Positions 1-11,577 of a DNA stretch of 41,483 bases are shown here, one piece after another (position 1 is the first letter of the stretch; each line of letters starts with the position of its first letter). The notes under the pieces were generated by a model, which saw only the letters and a program-made list of their open reading frames with translations, was not told where the DNA came from and searched no databases. The stretch is from assembly GCA_024626585.2 (NCBI GenBank), contig JANKJI020000002.1, positions 136,864,749-136,906,231 of the forward strand. Reading direction: 5' to 3'. Both the position numbers and the translations under genes were made by a program. The stretch comes from Ginkgo biloba (lineage: Eukaryota > Plantae > Ginkgophyta).

Positions 1-1274
1 AAGTGTAGGTGGGTTGTGTCTAAACTGTGTTCGTAGGGAGAACCTTAGCCAAGTCAAGAATCTCATTCAAAATGTTTGTAGGGGACCTCATCCTTCACCT
101 TTTGAGCTTCTTAAGGGAGTTCCATGCCCTGTGAATTTCCTTCGGTAATACGAAGGTTAGCAATACCATACCAAATGGGTTTGAGACAACATACCTGGTG
201 AGACCACCTAGCACTAATTGGTTGGAGGAAATTTTCAAAGGGAATAAGTATATCCGCTTAGGATTTTGCTTACCCACTCACAAATATTGGTGGAAATATT
301 GATTTGATAGCCTTAAGATCAATATTCTTTGTAGAAGGGGTTTTTATATATATTTAAAACAAAATAAATTTTCATTAGAATATATATATATTTTTTATAT
401 CTATATCTTTAGTGAGCATTAGCCATATTTTTGGCTTTTATTTTTGTTTCTTTATTTTCANNNNNNNNNNNNNNNNNNNNNNNNNNNNNNNNNNNNNNNN
501 NNNNNNNNNNNNNNNNNNNNNNNNNNNNNNNNNNNNNNNNNNNNNNNNNNNNNNNNNNNNNNNNNNNNNNNCTAATGGTGTTCCTTTATTCATGGGAAAT
601 GAAATTTTCTCGAGGAACACTCTTATCGGTGATAGCAATCGTTTTAAATTTTCTTGTGCAATTAAACATAGGAGGATTGTTTGTAAACATTATAAAGCCA
701 TGAATAAGAGACTCGTAATTAATTTGTATTACATGATCTATAAAATTAATTAATTGATCACATCAAATTATAGCAGATGAAAAGATTATTTTATTTGATA
801 TATATAGAATTGTCATTTCGTTGAATGAGATGGTTTATATTTTTGGAGGACATATTATCATTTGCCCCTTATGAAGTTAAACCTAATAACAATTACAATT
901 CAATGCTAAGGAGATGAAGATGCATGTAGCATGTTCAAAGAGCAACCTGCCTTATAAATAGTTGAATTGTAATGGCATAAACATCAATGATCTTAAGCAT
1001 TGAAAATATCAGTATTGTGATTCTCCTATCGTAGCATTAATCATTACATCATTCATTACAAAGAATTGGGTTGCTTGTAGATATAATCTAGTGAAGAGGA
1101 ATTGGTTGGTGTTTTGGTTTTAGAGAATATGGTTGCCTTGTTGCAGACTTATACTATTGTTTCTCATGGACGTTATCAGAGGCATAACAGAATAAACATA
1201 AATCAGGCACTGCCGATTTTCCCCAAACAACGATTATTTATTAAATTCTCAAACATTGAAGAGCACCACTATGA

Positions 1275-2165
1275 TCATGGCCATCGAATATCAAAGACCA
1301 TGGTGGATTCCACATCTAGGCATCCAAGAAATGGAACCTCTCTCGTTTTATTAATTGTCTAAGCTTAATCAATGATGGATCTCTCCTCTAATTTTTTAAC
1401 CGATGAAATCCAAATCGCATGCATAGTGCCCGAATAAATGGAGAAGAACATTAGGTAGCCACCACTATTAATGACAAAGTTTTTGGAAATGCTGTGTTAA
1501 TAGTACCCTTGATCGACTTGCTGGAGGCCCACCATAAAAACTTAAATGTTTTCCCGCTCTCCCAAGCACACCTTTGTTCCTTTCATAGGCATTGCTAGAG
1601 ATATGAACGTCGTCAACAAAGGCATATCATCCATCAACTTCCATAGCCACATTTTATTGCTCATGCTAACATAAATCTGGTTGATTATTTCCATCGGCGC
1701 TCCTACACACCGACCATCTTTGACACGAACACCAAACAGCATGCACCCATTTCATTGTACCCACTTTGTTAGCAACTCTGAAACATGGCGACAAGCTCTT
1801 GTTCTACTCGAGGAGAAATCTGGAGCAGATACCATGAATCTGCTGACCATGACCAATCTATAGACTTCCTCAAAAAAGAATAATGAGAGAAGCATCCACT
1901 AAAAACTGAAGTGGCGAGTCACAACCCGAAACCTATGGGTCACAGGCCTAAATCTCACAAGTATGGAGAAAATGGTATCAATACTGATGACGTTCATTGA
2001 TAGTCTCTTGTGCCCATTATCTCTTCATTGGCCTAATCTGAATAAGGCTTTTACCCCAAAGATTTGAACCTGAGGTTTTTTTTGCTGCATTTAAAATTTA
2101 TTCCAGCAATATTGGCTCCAATCATAGACTATTCGCCGATTTGAAAAGCTAGCTTTTGATGCCAT
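1275..2165 (-). pseudogene. Probable degenerate F-box (F-box/kelch-type) gene
   Basis: One frame runs 297 codons from ATG 2165 to TGA 1275 with 8 internal stops, each one C>T transition away from a CAA/CAG/CGA codon. It has an F-box-like segment ISIDTIFSILVRFRPVTHRFRVVTRHF...LLSLFFFEEVYR (~2003-1854) and a C-terminal WLWKLMDDMP...VCLGERENI, resembling LWKEVDRMP...CLG of plant F-box/kelch proteins. Includes track ORF 1542..1742. Confidence 0.45.
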
Positions 2166-2474
2166 TTATGATTCAAAATCCCTCTATGAACACAATGTAG
2201 AAGCGTGCTCAACAATCAATTGTAAAATAATTGATGAAAACACATATTTCATGTTCAAATCTAAACAATACAAAGGTGATTTAGAATTATAATAGATAAA
2301 ATCATAATATAAGCATAGACTTCATGTGCATGAACATAAACACATGCTTAAAAAGCAAAAATGTTGAAATTAAANNNNNNNNNNNNNNNNNNNNNNNNNN
2401 NNNNNNNNNNNNNNNNNNNNNNNNNNNNNNNNNNNNNNNNNNNNNNNNNNNNNNNNNNNNNNNNNNNNNNNNNN

Positions 2475-2606
2475 TACATATATATGTATACAATGCATAC
2501 ATATATCTATGTATACATACATACATATATCTATATATACATATATACATATATCTATGGATACATACATACGTATATATATATGTATACATACATACAT
2601 GTATAT
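2475..2606. repeat. Compound (TA)n/(TACA)n microsatellite in the intron upstream of the kinase pseudo-exon
   Basis: Directly visible. The intact gene has only a short (TA)n at the equivalent intron position (34986-34998). Confidence 0.9.
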
Positions 2607-2620
2607 GTTTGGGTAAACAG

Positions 2621-2906
2621 ATAAGTATTTGTAGTGTACATCAAGCACCAATGCGTACATGGTCCTTGAGGGTTTGGGACGGGCACAAATACAACCAAGA
2701 AGCATATGCATGGAGTGCAGGAGTCATCCTCTATACTCTTCTTAGTGGATAGATACTGTCTTCATCTTTTTAGAATGATGTCGAATCTAAAATTCTCTGA
2801 TTTTCATCAAAGAAATAGAGTTCTATATTCGACTCTACCAAGGATCCCATATGCAGGATGCTTTGCACTAACTACAACCATAGACCTACCATGGACTAAA
2901 TATTAG
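2621..2906 (+). pseudogene. Decayed paralog of exon 2 of the PEPKR-like kinase
   Basis: Colinear with 35019-35303, including the acceptor (aaacag) and the downstream donor/intron start (ag|gttgtattaatgaaatc). Encodes WDGHKYNQEAYAWSAGVILYTLLSG but has CAG>TAG and CAA>TAA stops and a +1 frameshift (gagggtttgg vs gaggtttgg). Confidence 0.92.
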
Positions 2907-3646
2907 GTTGTATTAATGAAATCATTAAATTCAAAAAGATAAAGTCTAGAATTACTTGGGCAAGAATGAAACAATAGCAAATTGACTATCTTTGCTATAT
3001 TGCCACTACAAATCTATGTGTCGAAGAATTGAAATTGGAATTAACTATTAAATGCTAACAAAAATTTCTATCTAAGGGTACAACCAATAGTTATTAGCAT
3101 AAATATAAGCCCTTTTGCAAATACTAACAACTATTGCAATGGTCTTTAAGTACCAAAAATGTGCACTTTTATTATTGCATTCATCGAGTATTTATGCATC
3201 TTATCATCATATCAATTTAACTATCTATAACTGACTAGAATAATTAAAGTTACATGATAACTACAAAAATATATATATTAGTTATTCTAGTCACATAATG
3301 ACTGGGAAGTATACTACATTTCAGTGACTAGCAGTTACGAGTCACCAAGTGACTAGTAGATACATTCGAACTCAGTCACTAACATGGTTTATCATACATG
3401 CACTATGATGAAAAGAAATTAAAAGGGGTAAAACACAAGTGTCATTAAGATGTTTAGGAGGTGGCCTTGATCTTGAAATCACACTCCTTTAGTTAACAAC
3501 CTTCAACACCATACTTGCCAAAACTACCAAATTGTGAGAAGTAAAANNNNNNNNNNNNNNNNNNNNNNNNNNNNNNNNNNNNNNNNNNNNNNNNNNNNNN
3601 NNNNNNNNNNNNNNNNNNNNNNNNNNNNNNNNNNNNNNNNNNNNNN

Positions 3647-4984
3647 AAATTGCCTTCTACTTTAATTTCTTCCTGCCCTACAGGTGTTTATTTAGAGGAG
3701 GTGCCCAATTCACCTGTTACCCTTTGATTTATTTATTCTATTATTTTAATAGAGGAGGCACCCTTTTTTCCTACTACTCCTTATTTCTCCTCACCTTTAG
3801 TATCTTTAATGGCTTGCTTAGATAATCTTCTCACTCCTGCTTTCTCCAACTCTTTATTTTGTTACCTTAATCTTTCCTCTCCTGCTTCTTTGGACATCCC
3901 CTAATTAGCCCATCCCTCATCTCGATGTTCCTTAGTGCATGGTGTCAGAAGTGTTTCCCTTCTTACTTTCTTTCCTCTTCCACGGGTCATATTTCATGTA
4001 TCTGATGAGAAGTTTGGGGATTAACTTTAAGAATGGTTCATGTACTAGCGTTTAAAATTCTTTGTGTCTTATCAATTGACTAGTGATTATGTAGTGTTGT
4101 ATCCTAGTAATATTTCTCACAGACTTTATTCCAGAACTCTTCCGTGATCTTCATTATTTTGTTAGGGTCTAGTAGCTTACCCTGTCAGTCACCCACTACT
4201 CTATTGGTGAGGACTCCCAATACTTCCCAACTTCATCATTGTGAGCTTTCTCCTTCATCTGTCGCTACTCCACTCGAACATATGTTAGCTATCTCTGAGA
4301 TACTATCCATGCGTAGATCTAGACTGGAGTGCTGACAATAAATTAATCATGAGTTTCGGTGAAGAATTTATCTCATGCTTCTTTTAATGAAATGTTATGT
4401 TGTTGAGCATAGAACCGAATATAGTTGTCAATATTTTTAACCCACCAGTCGGATATCTCGTCATAAAGTGAATCTTCTTCTATTAATGTTAACTTCTCTG
4501 AATCTATGGATGAAGTCATAGATAACTCCATTGGTGTTAGTTTCTTCTTATTTTTGCCAATGATCCACTTCCTCCATCAATTTTCTTCATGTTCTCTGCG
4601 TCGGTGGTTTTTTTGAAAGTGTTAGTATTTTCACTTGTTGGTGACTCGAATTCATTCATACGCAACAGTGCCAAATGTTAAGCATATGGTATCCCTACAC
4701 TAGATATCCATACCCAATCTAACTACCTCCTCTTATTCTATAACATCTATATATACAAGATGTAGATGGTTATATAACTGCCGTAGAAGTTATAATTGAC
4801 ACTTACTAAGGTCTTTTGTTGGTGTTGAATGTCTTCTTTTATCCATGTCAGCGACGGATAGCTATGTATAGTTCTTCCCTCGACATGAGTGAGAAATCTA
4901 ACTCATGTCAGTACCTTCTTGTGTGATTGAGTGATCCATCGATGTCAGTTTAGGCTTTATCTGATATACATCAGATTCTTGTCC
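3647..4984 (-). mobile_element. 5' part of a Ty3/gypsy (Athila/Tat-like) LTR retrotransposon: LTR (4676 to gap), PBS, leader, start of decayed gag-like ORF (ATG 3990)
   Basis: Minus strand reads ...TAACA-TT-TGGCACTGTTGCG (LTR end plus PBS). Homologous to 10290-11050. A basic/charged ORF MTRGRGKKVRR... with Gln-derived stops starts at 3990. Confidence 0.7.
4661..4673 (-). other. Primer-binding site, tRNA-Asp type
   Basis: TGGCACTGTTGC differs from the Athila-type PBS TGGCGCCGTTGC by two CpG transitions and lies 2 nt from the LTR-terminal CA. Confidence 0.65.
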
Positions 4985-5084
4985 NNNNNNNNNNNNNNNN
5001 NNNNNNNNNNNNNNNNNNNNNNNNNNNNNNNNNNNNNNNNNNNNNNNNNNNNNNNNNNNNNNNNNNNNNNNNNNNNNNNNNNNN

Positions 5085-6702
5085 TTAATAAGATAAATTT
5101 TGATTTAAGCATCGATCACTATTGGTGTTTAAAGGTAAATGTTATTTAAATTTTATCAATAGAAGTTATTTTCATTTTGAGTGTTGAGCATTGCTGGCAC
5201 ACTTCTTAAGAAAAATTCCTTGTTGTGAGTTTTATGTATACCAATGTGTGTTCCCTATTTTTATTTTTTATGTCTAAGTAATCAATCTAAAGGCCTATCA
5301 AAACCACATACAATGTTACGTGATTTTACAAGGAATTTACTTTGAGTGTTTCTAGAGGAAAACCTAAAATATTATTTATTTGATGTGATATTACTTCTCC
5401 TAGTATTTTTTTAATGTTGTTGGAAGGTGATAAAAACTAGTAATTAAGGAATCTTATTATTCGAAGGGGTAGGTAGCATCACTCCCCCAATGATGCCTAA
5501 ATATTTAAATTCATTAGAAGACAATAATAGTTTTAAAGGATCATACTACGATCTACTATGTTTAGACAATTAGACGCATATTGTGCATGATAATGAAAGA
5601 CCAAAAAATGCTCTACCTCGTATAACTATCGAGGAAGAAGGAGGAGGTGAACCAAGAACTAGTGAGCTACAAAAAACTAGAGTTGGAAGTTTCAATCCAA
5701 ACTAGAGTGGTGCCATAGGATTCGGGGTGATGATAAGGAAAATGACCCTAATAAGAATAAAATGAGGAACAAACCTCATGAAGAAGTGGTGTTTCCTATC
5801 AAGGGAAGAAATATATCAAGGAATCATAATATAATAGATCCACTGGCCAAAGGAAAATAAGCTACTTAACCTTTTTTGACAAGTGCATCCTCAGACCTAG
5901 CTAAGAAGACCCTCGATATGGGTACACCTAGCATAGAGTTGACAATGGAGGAGACTCATCAATAGGAATCTTTATTAAATACTTTGTTGGTATAGTTGAT
6001 AAATCAATAGAAGGGGTAAAATTAAATAAGTATGAATATTATCCTAGACTTTAGCAAGTAACATGCTTCTTTCACTATTGATATCGATAAGAGAACTATC
6101 AAGGTAAGGTTTGCAAGACCAAGGGCCTCTAAATCCAATATGAAGGTTGCTCCATCAAATTCTACTGTATAAGAGACTGTGATAGATGTCAATTAATTAA
6201 CAACTCAAGAGGTAATGAACTTTCAGAAAGTCTCATTAAAGGATTTGGAGTTAAAAATTAAAGAATTATCACTAGAAAATACTCAACTTAAGGACAAAAA
6301 TTCAATTTTAGAGGATATACTTAAAGAGTTTAAGTCAATTTTTCTCTTCCCATACTGGTATAGCCCATCCAAATCATCAAACCTTAAACTAATATATAAT
6401 TTATAAAAGAAGCTCCATAATTCTAGCACATGAAAAAATTCCTTCTTATAATACATAGAGTGTAGCAATCAATTTGGTGAAGGGTGGTAATAGTTGTGGG
6501 AGCTAGATGACAAGGTTGAGGCCCTAAGAAAAAATACTTCTTCATTTCTCAAAGTATTCCCCAAATCTATGCCTGGGGGTTTTGGCACAATGACTATAGA
6601 TTTAGGTTGATACCCACCAGACCAAGGTTCCATTACCCTCAATTTTCCATTGTAGATAATAAGGGATACATTGCCTATATTTAAGGTATATAAGGGTAGG
6701 AC
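5085..6702 (+). mobile_element. Decayed retrotransposon accessory ORF (coiled-coil type), copy A
   Basis: Long alignment with 7800-8956 and a weaker one with 29740-30240. Encodes HASFTIDIDKRTIKVRF...EVMNFQKVSLKDLELKIKELSLENTQLKDKNSILEDILKEF (heptad-like). Confidence 0.55.
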
Positions 6703-7799
6703 NNNNNNNNNNNNNNNNNNNNNNNNNNNNNNNNNNNNNNNNNNNNNNNNNNNNNNNNNNNNNNNNNNNNNNNNNNNNNNNNNNNNNNNNNNNNNNNNNN
6801 NNNNNNNNNNNNNNNNNNNNNNNNNNNNNNNNNNNNNNNNNNNNNNNNNNNNNNNNNNNNNNNNNNNNNNNNNNNNNNNNNNNNNNNNNNNNNNNNNNNN
6901 NNNNNNNNNNNNNNNNNNNNNNNNNNNNNNNNNNNNNNNNNNNNNNNNNNNNNNNNNNNNNNNNNNNNNNNNNNNNNNNNNNNNNNNNNNNNNNNNNNNN
7001 NNNNNNNNNNNNNNNNNNNNNNNNNNNNNNNNNNNNNNNNNNNNNNNNNNNNNNNNNNNNNNNNNNNNNNNNNNNNNNNNNNNNNNNNNNNNNNNNNNNN
7101 NNNNNNNNNNNNNNNNNNNNNNNNNNNNNNNNNNNNNNNNNNNNNNNNNNNNNNNNNNNNNNNNNNNNNNNNNNNNNNNNNNNNNNNNNNNNNNNNNNNN
7201 NNNNNNNNNNNNNNNNNNNNNNNNNNNNNNNNNNNNNNNNNNNNNNNNNNNNNNNNNNNNNNNNNNNNNNNNNNNNNNNNNNNNNNNNNNNNNNNNNNNN
7301 NNNTAGATGAAAGTATTAGAGGCTAAGAATGTAGAGGAAATCATCATAAAAATCTAAGGCAATTGACCACCAAACTTCGTTAGATGTCCCAAATATCTCA
7401 ACTGCTAGAACAAAAAGTAAAGGTTGACATTTTGTAGAAAATGAGAGGAAGTGAGGGAAAAGGGGTTCTACATCTTGAACACCCCATGAAGAAATCCATG
7501 TGTCATAGTTATTTTTCATGTTATGTCACTATTTTATTCTCCTTGTTTGTAACATTAGTATCATCATTTTATAGATTATTGAACCAAAAAATATGTCCAA
7601 AACCTATGTAGACCCTTGTGGATCATTTTGATTCTTTGCATGGGACACTCAAAGATTGTTTCAAACCAAAGAGTTTAATCCTCTTGTGCAATCATCAAAA
7701 TTTTATACATGTAAGTTGGATAATTATTTTGAATGAAGTTTACATGGTTTCATCTTATTTAATTACTGATGTGATCGAGTGCTACTGGTTATATTGGTA

Positions 7800-8956
7800 G
7801 TGTAATTGATAAGAAATTTTTTTTATTTAATCATCAAGAATTATTGGTCTCTGATGGTAAATGTTATTGAAATTTCATCAATAGAAGTTTTTTTTATTTT
7901 GAGTGTTGAGCATTGCTAGCACACTTATTAAGAATAATTCTTTATTTTGGGTTTGATGTATACCAACGTGTGCTCCCTATTTTTCTTTATGATGTCTAAG
8001 TAATTGATCTAAAGTCCTATCAAAACCCCATACAATGTTATGTGATTTTGAAAGGAAGTTACTTCGAGTGCTTCTAGAGAAAAACCTAAAATATTATTTA
8101 TTTTGATATGATATTACTTGTCCTAGTATTTTTTTGAGTGTTGTTGGAAGGTGATAAAGACTAGTAATTTCGGAATCTTATTATTTGAAGGGGTAACATT
8201 ACTCCCCCAATGATCCCTAAAGATTAAAAATCACCTGATGATAGTGAGAGTTTTGAAGGATAATACTATGATCTATTATGTTTAGGAAATGAGGAGCATC
8301 ATATGACGATGAAAGACCAAAAAATTCTCTGCCTCTTATAACTGTTGAGGAAGAAAGAGGAGGTTAGCTAGGAACCAGTAAGCTATAATAAACTTGAGTT
8401 GGAATTTCTAATATAAACTAGAGTGGTGCCATAGGACAAATTGGAGATGATGAGAAAAATGACCCTAATAAGGATAAAAAGAGGAACAAACCTCATGAAG
8501 AAAAGGTGCATCCTATCAAGGGAATAAATATATCAAGGATTTATAATTGAATAGATCCACTGGACAAAGGAAAATAGGGTACTCACCCTTCTTTAGAAAG
8601 TGCATCCTTGGACCCAAATAAGAAGACCCTTGATATGGGTACACCCAACATAGAGTGGACAATGGAGGAGAAACCTCAAGGGAAATCAGTATTAAATACT
8701 TTATTGGTAGATTTGATAAATTAATAAAAGGGGTCAAATAAAATAGGTATGGCTATTATCATAGACTTTAGCAAGAAACGTGCTTCTTTTAGTATTGCCA
8801 TTGATAAGAGAACTATCAAGGTAAGGTTTTCAAGATTGAGGGAATTTAAATCCAATATGAAGGTTTCTCCATCTGACATCATTGTATAAGAGACTAAGAT
8901 GGATATTAATAAATTAACAACTAAAGAGGTCATGAACTTTCACAAAGTCTCATTTG
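7800..8956 (+). mobile_element. Decayed retrotransposon accessory ORF (coiled-coil type), copy B
   Basis: Colinear with 5100-6235 over ~1.1 kb, e.g. ttttgagtgttgagcattgct and gaggaacaaacctcatgaagaa. Confidence 0.6.
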
Positions 8957-9944
8957 NNNNNNNNNNNNNNNNNNNNNNNNNNNNNNNNNNNNNNNNNNNN
9001 NNNNNNNNNNNNNNNNNNNNNNNNNNNNNNNNNNNNNNNNNNNNNNNNNNNNNNNNTAGGTGGTAATGAGGATTTCCTCTGGATACTAGAAAACTATTTC
9101 AATGAGGCTTATAAGTTTGGCCCCTTTTTTGTTTCCTTTAAGTTGAAAAAATAGTTTAAGTATGAAATTCATTTATTGAGATAGAGGTGGATAGGTTCTC
9201 CCCTTCATTTCTCCTTATGAGTAGTGAGGATCTCAAGACCATCTCAAGAGTACACATTGAATAACACAATGAACGTATAATTATTTATTTTTTATCTTTT
9301 GATGAGGTTTATAAGCTTGGCCCCATTTTTGTTTCGATGANNNNNNNNNNNNNNNNNNNNNNNNNNNNNNNNNNNNNNNNTTTTGGAAGAGTAATCTTCA
9401 CCATGGGGATCAGGGGGGATTTTAGATTCGTATGTGACTTGTTTAAAGTGAGTGATGTTTTGGTTTGTATTAGAAGTATTCTTTTATTATTCTTATTATT
9501 CCTCCTATTATGAGGAAGATGAAAAATTGAGTTTTTCTTTGGGCTTATTTTTCTTATTAGCCTTATACTTTCCATTTTTATCTATAGAATGGTCAAGGAA
9601 GAAATCTTAATATATCTACTATTCTTGATTAGGCTTGGACATTTGTTCATTAAAATTGAGAAAACTTCCTTTTATTCTAATAAGGGAAAATAAATTTGAG
9701 ATTTCATGTTTTTGGAACCTATGGTAATCAAATCAATTAATGGGATCAAAATAAATTTTCTTCATAGGTGTGGTGGAAGATTGCTTCAAAGAAGATTTGG
9801 TGTCCTTTTGGATTAATTCAACCATATGGATTATTTTTTTTTCACCTTTTGGAGGCATGGAAGANNNNNNNNNNNNNNNNNNNNNNNNNNNNNNNNNNNN
9901 NNNNNNNNNNNNNNNNNNNNNNNNNNNNNNNNNNNNNNNNNNNN

Positions 9945-10174
9945 GTTCATCTTGGAAAGATGGAGGTTTTGAATCTCAGACCCCGTCACTAGTTACATAT
10001 TTATTCTTATGACTAGACGTGGTACTTGTAGAATACTTAATAGTCTTAATACCTTCTCAAACTTTATATGTCTCAAGAATGATCCATTTATTAATGGCAT
10101 CATCATAGGATGTAGGACCTACTTTAAGAACCTTAGGGTATTCCTAGGGTTGAAGAGCATTCATGAGCAAATCA
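9945..10174 (-). mobile_element. Ty3/gypsy gag C-terminal remnant
   Basis: Minus frame DLLMNALQP*EYPKVLKVGPTSYDDAINKWIILE fits the gag motif FxxGL...PxSxxEAIxxAxxxE. Confidence 0.5.
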
Positions 10175-10274
10175 NNNNNNNNNNNNNNNNNNNNNNNNNN
10201 NNNNNNNNNNNNNNNNNNNNNNNNNNNNNNNNNNNNNNNNNNNNNNNNNNNNNNNNNNNNNNNNNNNNNNNNNN

Positions 10275-11050
10275 GGGTAATCTTACTAAACCACTAGTTG
10301 AATATCTTTTCATAAAGTGGATCTTCTTATATCAATGTTAACTTCTCTGAATATATAGATGAAGTCATGAATAACTCTTGTCAGTGTTAGTTTCTTCTTA
10401 TTTTTTCCAACGATTCGCTTCCTCCGTCGATTTTCTTCATATTTTTCACATCGGTGGTTTTTTCTAAAGTGTTAGTATTTCCCCTTGTCAATGACTCGGA
10501 TCCATTCATATATAGCGATGCAAAATTTTAGGCATAAAGTATACCTAATGGGTGTATAGTGAATCCCTATTCTAGATATCAACCACATAATCACATTCAC
10601 ATAATATCATTCATGTTCATATATATTGTACATAGATATGTGGAAAACCATCCAAATCATCTATTACTGAGTAAATACCAATATAACCATTTATTAAAGT
10701 ATAATACAATTCATATACATACCCTCTATCTATCTCCTAACATCTATATATATAAGGAATAGACTATTACATAACTTCCATAGAAGTTACAATCAACACT
10801 TAGGTAGGTGATAATTGTCCAAGTTTTCTGTTAGTGTTGGTGGGATGCCTCTATTCATGTCAAAGAATGACTTTTGGTGTGCTGTATATATTTATTCTCT
10901 CAATGTGAGTTGGAGATCCAACTCATGTCAGTAACTTCCTGAGTGATCTATTAATGTCAGCCCGCTTCCCCTCCAATGCTTCATTGATGAACCACCACCA
11001 TCGGTGTCAGTTTAATCCTTATTCGACCTGCATTAGATTCTCATCCAATA
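10275..11050 (-). mobile_element. Second copy of the 4.4-5.0 kb family: leader, degenerate PBS (~10511-10523) and ~525-bp LTR (10526-11050)
   Basis: Colinear with 4440-4984 with indels. The outer end ccaata (degenerate ccaaca) abuts an interrupted RT at 11051. Confidence 0.7.
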
Positions 11051-11466
11051 AGGGATATACCATACCTCCTACATCTTTGAAATATTTCTTCAAGGTGTTG
11101 AGTATACTAAGACCTATTCTTGGAAAAGATACTTAGGTCATCCATATAGACAATGATATATTTNNNNNNNNNNNNNNNNNNNNNNNNNNNNNNNNNATCA
11201 TCCTAAATGGCATCCTCTTGTAAGAAAAGGTACCCCACTTAGTGGTGAAATTATTTTTTATCATATATTGTTGATCTACTAGCACTTAGTTATACCCTAA
11301 AAACCCATCTAGAAAGGATATCATTTGAGAATCATTGACTATTTAGAGTACCTCATCCAAGGAAAATGGGTAGTTATCCTTGGTTAAAGCCTTGATTAGA
11401 TTCCTAAAGTCCACACAAAGCCTAATTTCTCCACCATTTTTTCTTATTGGGATAAGGTTGTCTATT
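11051..11466 (-). mobile_element. Ty3/gypsy (Tat-type) reverse transcriptase remnant
   Basis: Minus translation: NLIPIRKNGGEIRLCVDFRNL..KDNYP...MISFLDGFLGYN*V...FTTKWGTFSYKRMPF [gap] IIVYMDDLSIFSKNRS*YTQHLEEIFQRCRRYGISL, with the catalytic YMDD. Confidence 0.95.
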
Positions 11467-11577
11467 TATGTGTAATGNNNNNNNNNNNNNNNNNNNNNNN
11501 NNNNNNNNNNNNNNNNNNNNNNNNNNNNNNNNNNNNNNNNNNNNNNNNNNNNNNNNNNNNNNNNNNNNNNNNNNNNN

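Noticed and set aside
1-300. Possibly coding-like sequence at the window start
   Set aside because: No recognisable motif in the frames I translated, and it is truncated by the window edge.
6469-7347. Long ORFs spanning N runs (also 412-753, 2302-2752, 26837-27138, 37045-37812)
   Set aside because: They are open only because of Ns or microsatellites.
4676-11050. The two related LTRs as the paired ends of one element
   Set aside because: They differ by many substitutions and large indels, both are followed by their own PBS and leader, and several gaps intervene; they are better treated as two separate insertions.
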